Assembly (NCBI GenBank): GCA_021161785.1
Contig: JAGGZX010000085.1
Coordinates: forward strand, 1-49,259
Direction: 5' to 3'
Source of the DNA: Candidatus Woesearchaeota archaeon
GTDB lineage: Archaea > Nanobdellota > Nanobdellia > Woesearchaeales > JAGGZC01
DNA: 49,259 bases
In this document: piece after piece, positions 17,593 to 26,402 of the stretch
Position numbering within the stretch: position 1 is the first letter of the stretch
Layout of the letters: each line of letters opens with the position of its first letter
Program-made: the position numbers and the translations under genes
Notes under the pieces: generated by a model
What the model saw: the letters and a program-made list of their open reading frames with translations, nothing else
The model's database searches: none
Told to the model about the DNA's origin: nothing

Positions 17593-18588
17593 TTAAATCT
17601 TTGTAACGAAAACTTTTCTTTTATCCTTAGACAGCAGTTTGAAAGCTTGTTGCTTTGAAAGCAAACCGTTCTTGGATCCAAACTTTTTAATCACATGCTC
17701 AGCGTTGAGCAAGCCTAGTTTTAAACTCTTCTCAACGCCTAGGTTGTATATTAAACCTGCTAGCATTCCAGAAGCAAAAGCATCGCCAGCGCCAGTTGCT
17801 TCAACAACAGTTTGCTTTTTAGGTTGTATTTCAAAAAACTGTCTCGTGCTTGTTTTAAAAGCTGCTAAGCTTCTAGGACCGTCAGTGATTGTTGTTAGTT
17901 CTGGACCAAGCGTTGACAGTGCTAGTAATTGTTTTTTAATGTCAATCTCTCCAGTTAGTAGTTCTGCTTCCTCGCGATTCATTGAGGTAAAGCTAGTCAT
18001 TGATAGCAGTTTCAAAACTTGTTTTTTATACATCTTGATCATGTACTCTGAAGGGTTGAAAGCAATGCTTAACTCTGATTGCATCTTGCTTGTTAGTTTT
18101 AAAACTGTTTTTAAAGAAGAGCCTAGGATTGTTGAGATGTACAGCCAGTTGGTTTTGAAAGGTTTCACATGCACTGGTTTTAAATCATTGTTGCAACCTT
18201 TAAAGATCAGGATTGTTCTGTCATGACCTTCAGCGTCTAGAACAATGGACATGCCTGTTTTCTTGTTTTCATGAATAACTCCTAAGAAGGTAATGTTGTA
18301 ATTTTTTAATTCTTGAAACACTCTTAAACCAACGTAATCCTTGGCAATGCTTCCTATAAAACCAGTTTTTAACCCTAGCTTTGAAAAGCTTACAGCGCTG
18401 TTAGAGCCTCCACCGCCAGTGTGTTCTTGTATTTCAGTGACAATGATTTTAGAACCTAAAGGGTATGCCATTAATTCATGCCTTTTCTTGGGAGAGCCTT
18501 CAACAATTATTTCTGGATGTGTTTGCACGAAGATGTCTAGAGTTGCAGATCCGCAAGTTACGACGTCAAAACTTGTTGTTTTGTCCAT
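17593..18588 (-). CDS. PfkB-family carbohydrate/nucleoside kinase
   Basis: N-terminal DVVTCGSATLDIF, the GG motif GGGGSNSAVSFSKLG and the C-terminal ATGAGDAFASG signature. SD GGAGGTAG lies upstream. Confidence 0.8.
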   Translation of the reverse strand: MDKTTSFDVVTCGSATLDIFVQTHPEIIVEGSPKKRHELMAYPLGSKIIVTEIQEHTGGGGSNSAVSFSKLGLKTGFIGSIAKDYVGLRVFQELKNYNITFLGVIHENKKTGMSIVLDAEGHDRTILIFKGCNNDLKPVHVKPFKTNWLYISTILGSSLKTVLKLTSKMQSELSIAFNPSEYMIKMYKKQVLKLLSMTSFTSMNREEAELLTGEIDIKKQLLALSTLGPELTTITDGPRSLAAFKTSTRQFFEIQPKKQTVVEATGAGDAFASGMLAGLIYNLGVEKSLKLGLLNAEHVIKKFGSKNGLLSKQQAFKLLSKDKRKVFVTKI

Positions 18589-18699
18589 GCACTACCTCCT
18601 TTTTTGGTTTGTAACTTTAATGTTTTATAATTTTTTAGAATGCTGGGCTTTTAAAAGTTTTTTATTTTAAAAGCTTGAGAATGCGTGATGAATGATAAT

Positions 18700-19695
18700 T
18701 CATGATTTGCGCAGTAATTGTCTCAAGTCCATATCAATGATTTCTTTATAAAACTCTGAGTTTAAAACCTTTGCTTTTGCTTGCATAACGTCTTGATGTT
18801 TGATAACTGCTAAGCTGTGAGCTCTGACAAGTCCGAACGGGTAGCCTTTAAAAACAATGTCGCTGGATTGGAGTTTTAAGAATTGTAAAACCTTGGCTAA
18901 GTGTTTGAAAGCTTTAAAGCTTACGTCTATGCGTAAAGCTTTAGCATTGTGAAAGCTTGCGAACAAGGTTTTAAAAAAAGTTTCTTTAGCAAATAAGGGA
19001 TAGTAATACCAGTTCTTCAAGCCTTTCTGCATTGCTAGGAAGGATAACAGTTCTGAAGCGTCAAACCCTTTCTTTGTGAACAATCTTGATTGCTTAGCAA
19101 CTGCTACAATGTTTTGACTTGCAAATTTTGAAACAAATCTTTCTTCTAATTCAGTTTTGAAGTCTAGAGACCCGTCAAGGATTACAATGCTTTGCTTTGT
19201 TGACTGCTCTTCAGCTTGGTTTTCTAGTTCTTGACTGCAAGCTTGGAGTTCTAAAATCCTTCTGCCAAGGTTGCAAGCAATGCTCGGCGTTGCGTAAGAA
19301 CCTGACTGTATAAGCACTGGGTGGTCTGCAGGGATTGTTATTGATTTTAAAAGTTCTGGAAATGTTTCTATCACGAATTCTTGTCCAGCGCTTGCTTTTA
19401 AAAAACAAGTCTTAACTGTTATAGATTTTAATGTTAAGCCTTGATACCTAGCAATTGCTAGTTTGCAAACATGCAGTGCAGTGCTAGCGTTTTCAAAGAT
19501 TAAAGCGTTACCACCGTCTATAAAGCTTGCGTTTATTAATGATAACTCCTCACTAGTTAAAGCTTCATTGCTGGGTGTTTCAATCTCGTGAAAGTGTTTT
19601 AAATTGAAAGGTATTGCTTGCTTATGCCTTGATAAAAGCATGTCTTGCTCCCAGTTTTTAAAGTCTTGCTTTTGAAAAAACATTGGAATCACCAT
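18700..19695 (-). CDS. NurA-like (RNase H-fold) nuclease, putative
   Basis: Ordered motifs resemble NurA: FIDGGN (Asp), GRRILELQ (R..LE), VILDGSL (DGS), AVAKQS and GYPFGLVRAHSLA (GYP..L..AH). The ORF-track start 19761 is a TTG that overlaps the histone gene, so ATG 19695 is preferred. Confidence 0.45.
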   Translation of the reverse strand: MVIPMFFQKQDFKNWEQDMLLSRHKQAIPFNLKHFHEIETPSNEALTSEELSLINASFIDGGNALIFENASTALHVCKLAIARYQGLTLKSITVKTCFLKASAGQEFVIETFPELLKSITIPADHPVLIQSGSYATPSIACNLGRRILELQACSQELENQAEEQSTKQSIVILDGSLDFKTELEERFVSKFASQNIVAVAKQSRLFTKKGFDASELLSFLAMQKGLKNWYYYPLFAKETFFKTLFASFHNAKALRIDVSFKAFKHLAKVLQFLKLQSSDIVFKGYPFGLVRAHSLAVIKHQDVMQAKAKVLNSEFYKEIIDMDLRQLLRKS

Positions 19696-19733
19696 TCTTG
19701 CTTTGCAATTAAGTTTTATTGTTTCAACACCAG

Positions 19734-19940
19734 TTATTGTTTCAAAACAACCCTGTTCCAAGCTTCTTCAATGTCTTGCTGCTTAACAGTTTTCCTTCCG
19801 AAGATTCGTGCATTATTGCAAGCTTCAACACTTATCTTTGCTAGTAATTCTTGGCAAAGCTCTTGAAGCTTTACAACTGCTGACTTGCTAACCCTAGAGC
19901 AACCTGCTTGTTTCAGAATTTTGTTCACGTTCAAGCTCAT
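19734..19940 (-). CDS. archaeal histone (histone-fold, HMf-like)
   Basis: 68 aa. ILKQAGCSRVSKSAVVKLQELCQELLAKISVEACNNARIFGRKTVKQQDIEEA fits the archaeal histone pattern, including the GRKT..DI signature. Confidence 0.85.
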   Translation of the reverse strand: MSLNVNKILKQAGCSRVSKSAVVKLQELCQELLAKISVEACNNARIFGRKTVKQQDIEEAWNRVVLKQ

Positions 19941-19960
19941 AGCTTGAGTGGCTCAATAAA

Positions 19961-19972
19961 GGTTTTTAAATG
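19961..19972 (-). promoter_or_regulatory. TATA-box candidate for the histone gene (leaderless geometry)
   Basis: The minus strand reads CATTTAAAAACC, centred about 27 nt upstream of ATG 19940. Confidence 0.5.
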
Positions 19973-20026
19973 TTTACCAATATTGCAAAGCTTTACCAAA
20001 AAAATTTCATGAAACATTAGCAAAGG

Positions 20027-20035
20027 TTTATAAAA
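20027..20035 (+). promoter_or_regulatory. TATA-box candidate for the 350-aa ORF (leaderless geometry)
   Basis: TTTATAAAA is centred about 28 nt upstream of ATG 20059. Confidence 0.5.
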
Positions 20036-20058
20036 CAGTAAAGCTTTACTATCTAAAA

Positions 20059-21111
20059 ATGGTTGTGAACTTGACAGCAAGGGTTAAAACTTTCAAACCT
20101 GTAAGCATTGACAATCAAGAATTGCTTGAAACAATTGAAGAAGCCAGTGTTGAAAGCATTGTGCAGCAATACAAGCGTTTACAAGACAAGAAAAAGTTAT
20201 TAACAAACTTTACGAAAGCTATTGAGTTGTATGCTTTGAACAAGAACGTTCTTCCAGTAAGCACTATAATTCCAGAGCAATATTTTGAGAGGGATGCTTG
20301 TAATGATTTAGAAACCAGAGTGTTCACGATTTTAGAAGCAAAGCCAAAAGCAGAGGTTAGCTATAAAGAAGTGTTCAACAATGTTAAAACATTGCTTGAA
20401 AACATTGTGTTTAAAGGATTGAAACCTGCTAGCAAGGGTGAAAGCTTTAAACATCATGGAGAAGTGTTTTTAAGCGTTGACTGGTTGTACAACACTGTAA
20501 ATGATTACTTGCAAGAAGGCAAGCAAAAAGCTTTAGAAACTGTTAGAGAAGGAAGCATTGTAAAAGTGGATCCAAACCCTAGCATTATTCTGCGGAGCTG
20601 TGTGAAAGAGTTGTTAGTGCCTTGCATTCCAGAAAAGTTAGAATCTCCAATGATTGAATTAAACAACAATTACACTGCACCATTGTATGTTTTATCAAGA
20701 GCTGGCTTGTATTATTTAAAAACTGATGAAGAATTAGTAAAGAGAAAACTTTTAGAACTAGCAACCAGTGCTACTGGTTTTGAATTAAAAGATTTGCAAA
20801 TCATGAAGGACATGGACTTGGTGAAAGTTTTAGTTCTTGAAAAAGAGTCTAAGCCTTACAAAGCATTGATTGACTATTTAACGCATGAAAAAACAGGGCT
20901 TTTAACAAGGATTATTACAAGCCAAGGCGAAGAATTGGAAAGATTAAAGTCTGAGCTAGACATTATTGAAGGCAGGACTGTTTTAAAAATTAGGAATGGC
21001 AAAGCATTCATTAGCAGTGGTTACGTGTTAAACGTTTTGAACGAGAAAGAAAGAGACTTAACACACCCTTACGAAATTGTAAGGCTAAAAGTTGAAGCGT
21101 TAAAACATTAA
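20059..21111 (+). CDS. hypothetical protein
   Basis: 350-aa ORF with well-placed promoter geometry. It looks soluble, with no motif I can assign. Confidence 0.6.
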   Translation: MVVNLTARVKTFKPVSIDNQELLETIEEASVESIVQQYKRLQDKKKLLTNFTKAIELYALNKNVLPVSTIIPEQYFERDACNDLETRVFTILEAKPKAEVSYKEVFNNVKTLLENIVFKGLKPASKGESFKHHGEVFLSVDWLYNTVNDYLQEGKQKALETVREGSIVKVDPNPSIILRSCVKELLVPCIPEKLESPMIELNNNYTAPLYVLSRAGLYYLKTDEELVKRKLLELATSATGFELKDLQIMKDMDLVKVLVLEKESKPYKALIDYLTHEKTGLLTRIITSQGEELERLKSELDIIEGRTVLKIRNGKAFISSGYVLNVLNEKERDLTHPYEIVRLKVEALKH

Positions 21112-21219
21112 CCAAGATTAAGTTTTAGACTAGTGTTAACAAATGCTAACAAAAAAATTTATAAAGAAAAACTTTTAGCAACAAGGATAGTGTTTGAAAA
21201 ATTAAAAAATTAGTGGGGG

Positions 21220-21459
21220 TTGGGACTTTTGGCAGAGTTTGCAAGACCTTTAGATTCTTTGAACAACGCTAGGAACAAGCGCGTTATTGTGGAATTAAAA
21301 AACGGGAAGCGATACGTTGGAGAATTAAAAGCGTTTGACATCCACATAAACGTTGTGTTAGAAAACGCTGAAGAGTATGAAAACGATGCTCCGAAGAGAA
21401 AGCTAGGCACAGTGTTTATCAGGGGTGACACTATAACAATCATATCTCCGCAAGCATAA
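21220..21459 (+). CDS. Sm-like archaeal protein (SmAP/LSm)
   Basis: PLDSLNNARNKRVIVELKNGKRYVGELKAFDIHINVVLENAEE...VFIRGDTITIISP covers the Sm1 and Sm2 motifs. There is no in-frame ATG. The start is TTG at 21220 or 21229, after the in-frame stop at 21211. Confidence 0.85.
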   Translation: MGLLAEFARPLDSLNNARNKRVIVELKNGKRYVGELKAFDIHINVVLENAEEYENDAPKRKLGTVFIRGDTITIISPQA

Positions 21460-21460
21460 A

Positions 21461-21479
21461 TTGTTAAAAACAAAAAAAT
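21461..21479 (+). repeat. 19-nt exact direct repeat, copy 1 (ttgttaaaaacaaaaaaat)
   Basis: Read directly. It is identical to 21611..21629 and begins 1 nt after the Sm stop codon. Confidence 0.9.
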
Positions 21480-21610
21480 TCTGTAAGCTTTTAGATAAAG
21501 CATTGTATAAAAGCTTTGCAAAGCTTTACAGTTAGAAAAAATTTTTAAAACAAAACAAAGTTTCTAATCCAAGGCTATAATGCTTGATTGTTAAACATTG
21601 AGGGACATGT

Positions 21611-21629
21611 TTGTTAAAAACAAAAAAAT
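21611..21629 (+). repeat. 19-nt exact direct repeat, copy 2; contains the tRNA-Leu TATA-box candidate
   Basis: Read directly. The TTGTTAAAAAC part is centred about 27 nt upstream of the tRNA 5' end at 21643. Confidence 0.9.
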
Positions 21630-21642
21630 AAAACTTTGCTGT

Positions 21643-21726
21643 GCGGGGGTGCCCGAGCGGCCAAAGGGGCAGGACTTAAGATCCTGTGGCTTAGTGCCTT
21701 CGCGGGTTCGAACCCCGTCCCCCGCA
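21643..21726 (+). tRNA. tRNA-Leu (anticodon UAA), class II long variable arm, no encoded CCA
   Basis: Acceptor stem GCGGGGG/CCCCCGC, anticodon stem CAGGA/TCCTG with loop CTTAAGA (anticodon TAA, G37), T arm GCGGG-TTCGAAC-CCCGT, discriminator A. No intron. Confidence 0.9.
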
Positions 21727-21766
21727 TTTTTTAGTTAAAACGTTAAAATTTAAATGTGTGATTGAC

Positions 21767-24733
21767 ATGTATGATTTTAAAATCGTAGAGCAGGAAATCA
21801 GTCAGTTCTGGAATACTAACCAGATTTACAAAAAGGTTAAAGATAAAAACAGTTCTGGACCTTGGTTTTACTTCTTAGACGGGCCGCCATACACTAATGG
21901 TAGCGTGCACTTAGGCACTGCTTGGAATAAAAGCTTGAAAGATGCTTTGCTAAGGTTTAAACGCATGAACGGTTTTAACGTTTTTGACAGGGCTGGTTGG
22001 GACATGCACGGCTTACCTATTGAGCATGCAGTTGAGAAGAAGTTTGGCTTGAAATCAAAAACTGATCTTGAGCAATTCGGCGTTGACAGGTTTATTAAAG
22101 AGTGTAAAGCTTTCGCTTTGGAAAACCTTGAAAAGATGCGTAAAGATTTTGAAAAGCTAGGCGTTTGGATGGATTTTGACAATGCTTACAAGTCTATGGA
22201 CAGGGATTTCATTAGTAATGAATGGTGGTTGATCAAGCAAGTTCATGATCAAGGACGCCTTTATGAAGCTTTTAAAACCATGCATTGGTGCGCTAGGTGT
22301 GCGACAGCTCTTGCTAAGCACGAGTTAGAGTACAAGACTGTTGAAGACACTAGCATTTTCGTGAAGTTTAAAGTGAAAAGCTCTGAAAACAAGTATTTAA
22401 TTATTTGGACTACTACGCCTTGGACTTTGGCTTTTAACTTAGCAGTCATGGCTAACCCTGAATTAGAATACATTGAAGCTTTGGTTGATAATGAAGTCTG
22501 GATTCTTGCGAAAGCGTTAGCTTCTAGTTTAATCCAAGGCGTTGTTGGTAAAAACTTTAAGGTGTTAAAAACGTTTAAAGGTTCTGACCTTGAAGGCTTG
22601 GCTTATGAACATCCTTTCAACCTAAAAGTTTTTGAAGAGTTAAAATTGAAGCATGAAAGAGTGCACACTGTTGTGTTAAGCTCTGAATACGTGACAGCAA
22701 CTGCTGGCAGTGGTTTAGTGCATTGCGCTCCTGGTTGCGGTCCTGAAGATTACGAGGTTGGTTTAAAGTATGGATTGCCAGCTTTTAACAACATTGACGA
22801 GAGAGGTGTTTTCCCTGAGAGCATGCAACAATTTGCAGGTTTAAGAGCAAAACTTGATGATAAAGCGTTCATTGAAGAGTTAAAAAAGGTTGGTGCTTTA
22901 ATCGCTGAAACCCCTGTGCAGCATGAGTATGCTCATTGTTGGCGTTGCAAGCAACCAGTAATTTTTAGAACTACAAAGCAATGGTTTTTCAAAGTTGAAG
23001 ACTTGAAAGAAGAGATCTTAAAACTTAACAAGCAGATAAGGTGGATTCCGTCTTGGGCTGGCGAGCGCAGCTTTGCTTCTTGGATTGAAAACTTGAGGGA
23101 TAACAGCATTACTAGGCAGCGTTACTGGGGTGCTCCAGTGCCTATATGGCGTTGCGATTCTTGCGGCAAGATAGAAGTTTTTGGAAGTGTTGAAGAATTA
23201 GAACAAAGAGCTGGTGTTAAAATAAGAGAAGTTCACAAGCCAGACATTGACAGCGTAACGTTTAAATGTTCTTCTTGTAACGGCACAATGCACCGGGTTA
23301 AAGACGTATTAGATGTTTGGATTGATTCTGGCACTACAAGTTGGAACGCGTTAAACTTTCCTAAGGATAAAACATTGTTTGAAAAGCTTTACCCTGCAGA
23401 ATTCATTGCAGAGGGTAAGGATCAAATCAGGGGTTGGTTTAACCTGCTAACGATTGCTTCCGTGTTAGCGTTTAGAAAGCCAGCTTTCAAAACTTGCTAC
23501 ATGCATGGTTTTATCAACGATGCTTACGGCAGGAAAATGAGTAAAAGCTTGGGTAACTACATAACTCCTGAAGAAGTGCTTTCAAGGTTTGGCGTTGATG
23601 CTTGGCGTTTTTACGCAATAACAGCTACTCGCGCTGGGGATGATCTAAATTATAACTTTGAAGACGTTAGGGTTAAATTGAAAACATTGCAAGTGCTTTG
23701 GAATTTGCACAGATACTTGCTAGACTTGGTTAAGAATTACGATGTTGACGTTGAACTTGTTGAGAAAGATGTTAAAGAGTTAAAACTTGACGTTGAAGAA
23801 GCTTTCATGCTTAGCAAGTTGCACTCAACTATTGAAGCGTCAACAAAGTTTTGGAATGATTACGCTATAGAATTAGCGCCCAGAGTTGTTGAAGATTTAA
23901 TATTAACGCTTTCTAGGAGTTACTTGCAAGCTGTTCGCGAAAAAATCGCTTCTGGTTCAAAACAGGAAAGAAATGCAGTGTTTTACGTGTTGTATCATTC
24001 CTTGATTAACATTTTAAAACTCATGGCTCCTGTAACCCCTTTCATTACAGAAAAGATTTGGCAAGGTTTGAAACAAGAATTTTCAACAAGTAAAGATTTA
24101 AACCTTGAAAGCGTTCACTTAGCAGATTGGCCAGTGCCTAACAAAGCATTGATTGACAAGCAATTAGAAGCTGGGTTTAACATTGCAGAAGAAGTTATCA
24201 CTGCTTGCTTAGCATTGAGGGAAAAGTTAAAACTCAGCGTGCGTTGGCCTTTGAAAAAATTGTTTGTAACACTAAAAAACGAGGGAGATGTTAAGATTTT
24301 AAAACCGTTCGCAAAGCTTGTGAAGTCAAGGGTTAATGTGAAACATGTTGAAATAAAGTTTGATGCAGAGCTAAGTGTAAAGCAAGCAGAAAACGCAGAG
24401 TTATTCCAGCATGGAATTGTAATTCTGGACACTGAGCAATCACCTGAATTGATAGCTGAAGGACTTGCCAGGGAGATCTCTAGAAGGGTTCAAGCTTTAA
24501 GAGCTAGAGCAAAGCTTGAAAAGAAGCAACGCATTGAATTAGAAGTTAATGTTAATTGTGAAGAATCCTTGTTTAAAAACCTTGAAGCGTTTAAAGAATT
24601 CATTGCTTCAAGAACAGGTTGTGAAAGCGTTGCTTTTAAAAACAAGCAAAGCATTAGCGACGCATTGCAATACAAGCAAGAATTTAAGATCAAAAACTTT
24701 GACGTGCAAGTAGGTTTTAATGTTAAGGATTGA
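21767..24733 (+). CDS. ileS: isoleucine--tRNA ligase
   Basis: Class I motifs PPYTNGSVHLGT (HIGH-type) and KMSKS, plus the IleRS-typical WCARC and HCWRCKQPVIFRTTKQWF zinc and editing-region blocks. Start moved from GTG 21758 to ATG 21767 (MYDFKIVEQEISQFW). Confidence 0.95.
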   Translation: MYDFKIVEQEISQFWNTNQIYKKVKDKNSSGPWFYFLDGPPYTNGSVHLGTAWNKSLKDALLRFKRMNGFNVFDRAGWDMHGLPIEHAVEKKFGLKSKTDLEQFGVDRFIKECKAFALENLEKMRKDFEKLGVWMDFDNAYKSMDRDFISNEWWLIKQVHDQGRLYEAFKTMHWCARCATALAKHELEYKTVEDTSIFVKFKVKSSENKYLIIWTTTPWTLAFNLAVMANPELEYIEALVDNEVWILAKALASSLIQGVVGKNFKVLKTFKGSDLEGLAYEHPFNLKVFEELKLKHERVHTVVLSSEYVTATAGSGLVHCAPGCGPEDYEVGLKYGLPAFNNIDERGVFPESMQQFAGLRAKLDDKAFIEELKKVGALIAETPVQHEYAHCWRCKQPVIFRTTKQWFFKVEDLKEEILKLNKQIRWIPSWAGERSFASWIENLRDNSITRQRYWGAPVPIWRCDSCGKIEVFGSVEELEQRAGVKIREVHKPDIDSVTFKCSSCNGTMHRVKDVLDVWIDSGTTSWNALNFPKDKTLFEKLYPAEFIAEGKDQIRGWFNLLTIASVLAFRKPAFKTCYMHGFINDAYGRKMSKSLGNYITPEEVLSRFGVDAWRFYAITATRAGDDLNYNFEDVRVKLKTLQVLWNLHRYLLDLVKNYDVDVELVEKDVKELKLDVEEAFMLSKLHSTIEASTKFWNDYAIELAPRVVEDLILTLSRSYLQAVREKIASGSKQERNAVFYVLYHSLINILKLMAPVTPFITEKIWQGLKQEFSTSKDLNLESVHLADWPVPNKALIDKQLEAGFNIAEEVITACLALREKLKLSVRWPLKKLFVTLKNEGDVKILKPFAKLVKSRVNVKHVEIKFDAELSVKQAENAELFQHGIVILDTEQSPELIAEGLAREISRRVQALRARAKLEKKQRIELEVNVNCEESLFKNLEAFKEFIASRTGCESVAFKNKQSISDALQYKQEFKIKNFDVQVGFNVKD

Positions 24734-24751
24734 AAACCTTAAATTCGCAAT

Positions 24752-24761
24752 ATTTAAAAAG
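24752..24761 (+). promoter_or_regulatory. TATA-box candidate for rps8e (leaderless geometry)
   Basis: ATTTAAAAAG is centred about 27 nt upstream of ATG 24784. Confidence 0.5.
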
Positions 24762-24783
24762 TCTTTGTTCAACCCTTTAAAAA

Positions 24784-25170
24784 ATGATATCTCAAGAGCG
24801 TAGCAAGAGGAAAGCTACTGGAGGCAGGTATAGGCCTTTTAGGAAGAAGAAATTACGTTACAAAGGTAGTTTGCCAACGCTTACAAAGATTGGGAGTAAA
24901 AAATTAAGACAAGACCGTGTCAGGGGTGGCAATTACAAGTTAAGATTGTTAAGCATTGACAAGGCTAACGTGTTAGATCCTAAAACAGGTAAATCTGTTC
25001 TAGCAGATATTATTTCAGTTGTTGAGAATAAAGCTAACAGGCAATTCACAAGGCAGAACATTATTACTAAGGGTTGTGTTATTCAAACAAGTCTAGGCCT
25101 TGCAAAGGTTACTAGCCGGCCGGGACAAGAAGGCATTGTAAACGCTGTGCTCATGGAAGAAAAGAAATGA
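24784..25170 (+). CDS. rps8e: 30S ribosomal protein eS8 (S8e)
   Basis: The N-terminus SQERSKRKATGGRYRPFRKKK is typical of S8e. 128 aa. Confidence 0.9.
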   Translation: MISQERSKRKATGGRYRPFRKKKLRYKGSLPTLTKIGSKKLRQDRVRGGNYKLRLLSIDKANVLDPKTGKSVLADIISVVENKANRQFTRQNIITKGCVIQTSLGLAKVTSRPGQEGIVNAVLMEEKK

Positions 25171-25204
25171 GAAGATAGAATAAAAACATAAAAATTTGCT
25201 TTTT

Positions 25205-25747
25205 CTAAAACTTTACTTTCACTAGCTTTCTCTCTTCTTCTGGAATGTTAAAGAATTCTTCTGGTTTAAAGCCGAAGATTGAAGCTATAATGTTTTTCGG
25301 GAAGATTTTTATTGAGTTGTTATAGTCTAAAACACTGTCATTGTAGAATTGTCTTGCGTAAGCAATCTTGCTTTCTATGCCTGACAGTTCTTCTTGTAAT
25401 TGTAAAAAGTTCTCATTTGCTTTTAGGTTTGGATAGTTCTCTGCAACAGCAAAGAGTGTTTTCAAAGCTCCTGCAATAACATTGTCAGCTTTTGCTTTGT
25501 CTTTAACAGTTTTTGCTTGTTGTAAAGCTGCTCTTGCTTTTGTAATGTTTTCAAGCACTTCTCTCTCGTGTTTCATGTAACCTTTAACTGTTTCAACAAG
25601 GTTTGGTATTAAGTCAGCTCTACGCTTTAATTGAACATCAATTTGGCTCCAAGCATTTTTAACTCTGTTGCGCTTCACGACTAGCGAATTATAAGCTATG
25701 ATTATGTAAACCAATATTAATGCTAGAATAATCCAGAGCCAGAGCAT
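25205..25747 (-). CDS. lemA: LemA family membrane protein
   Basis: An N-terminal TM segment, then [43 protein letters not shown], the LemA signature. Confidence 0.85.
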   Translation of the reverse strand: MLWLWIILALILVYIIIAYNSLVVKRNRVKNAWSQIDVQLKRRADLIPNLVETVKGYMKHEREVLENITKARAALQQAKTVKDKAKADNVIAGALKTLFAVAENYPNLKANENFLQLQEELSGIESKIAYARQFYNDSVLDYNNSIKIFPKNIIASIFGFKPEEFFNIPEEERKLVKVKF

Positions 25748-25772
25748 TTGTTCACCTCGCTTTTAAAGTTTT

Positions 25773-25967
25773 TTAAGCATTAACATTCACGAACTCTGTG
25801 TAGCCACACTTTCCGCAGTGGTAGCGATCTTTATGCTTTGCCATGAAAACGCCTGGACCGCATTTAGGGCAAGGCTTTGTCTTTCTCTGAATGGATCCTT
25901 CTTTAACCTCATATAGCTTGTGAATCCTGTAAGGCTTTTCTTGCTTTTTTTGCTTTTTCTTAGCCAT
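25773..25967 (-). CDS. rps27ae: 30S ribosomal protein eS31 (S27ae)
   Basis: Zinc ribbon [24 protein letters not shown], located downstream of S24e. Start set to ATG 25967 because the GTG at 25976 lies in the SD-like GAGTGAT. Confidence 0.85.
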   Translation of the reverse strand: MAKKKQKKQEKPYRIHKLYEVKEGSIQRKTKPCPKCGPGVFMAKHKDRYHCGKCGYTEFVNVNA

Positions 25968-25987
25968 GCGTATCACTCTTTAGTTTT

Positions 25988-26362
25988 TCACTCTTTTGCT
26001 GCTTCTTTACCTTTCTGTTCTTGTTCAGGTTTTTCAGGTTCTTGCTTTTTAGGTTGTTGCTCGTCTTGTTGTTTAGGCTTTTCCAGGACAATGCCATTCT
26101 TTTTTATCTTAGTAGCGTTTTCTAACTGTTTTAAAGCTTTAAGTGATTGATAGTGAAATGCTAAGCCTTTAGCCCTGGCATACCCGAACATGCTTCTCAA
26201 GTGCCTGACAATTAAAGTGTCAGGGTTTAATGATAACTGCTTAGCCAAGGCTAGTCTAACGTCTTTCAAGCTAGGTGTTGCTTGAATGTTTGCAACCTCA
26301 AACTCTATGCGCTGTCTTGACAAAAGCTTTTCTTCTTGTTGCAATGTAATGTTAATCTCCAT
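25988..26362 (-). CDS. rps24e: 30S ribosomal protein eS24 (S24e) with K/E/Q-rich C-terminal tail
   Basis: LLSRQRIEFEVANIQATPSLKDVRLALAKQL...IVRHLRSMFGYARAKGLAFHY is the S24e core. ATG 26362 is preceded by the SD GGTGAT. Confidence 0.85.
   Translation of the reverse strand: MEINITLQQEEKLLSRQRIEFEVANIQATPSLKDVRLALAKQLSLNPDTLIVRHLRSMFGYARAKGLAFHYQSLKALKQLENATKIKKNGIVLEKPKQQDEQQPKKQEPEKPEQEQKGKEAAKE
26031..26051. repeat. 21-nt segment identical to 38074..38094 (encodes KKQEPEK in the S24e tail)
   Basis: ttttcaggttcttgcttttta was read directly at both loci. It is in frame in both genes. Confidence 0.9.
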
Positions 26363-26402
26363 CACTATCACCAACCATGTTTTATTTAACAAAAGTTTTT
26401 TA

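Noticed and set aside
21461-21726. The 19-nt direct repeats next to tRNA-Leu as att sites of an integrated element.
   Set aside because: They enclose only 131 bp with no ORF. They lie upstream of the tRNA rather than duplicating its 3' part, and no integrase is nearby.
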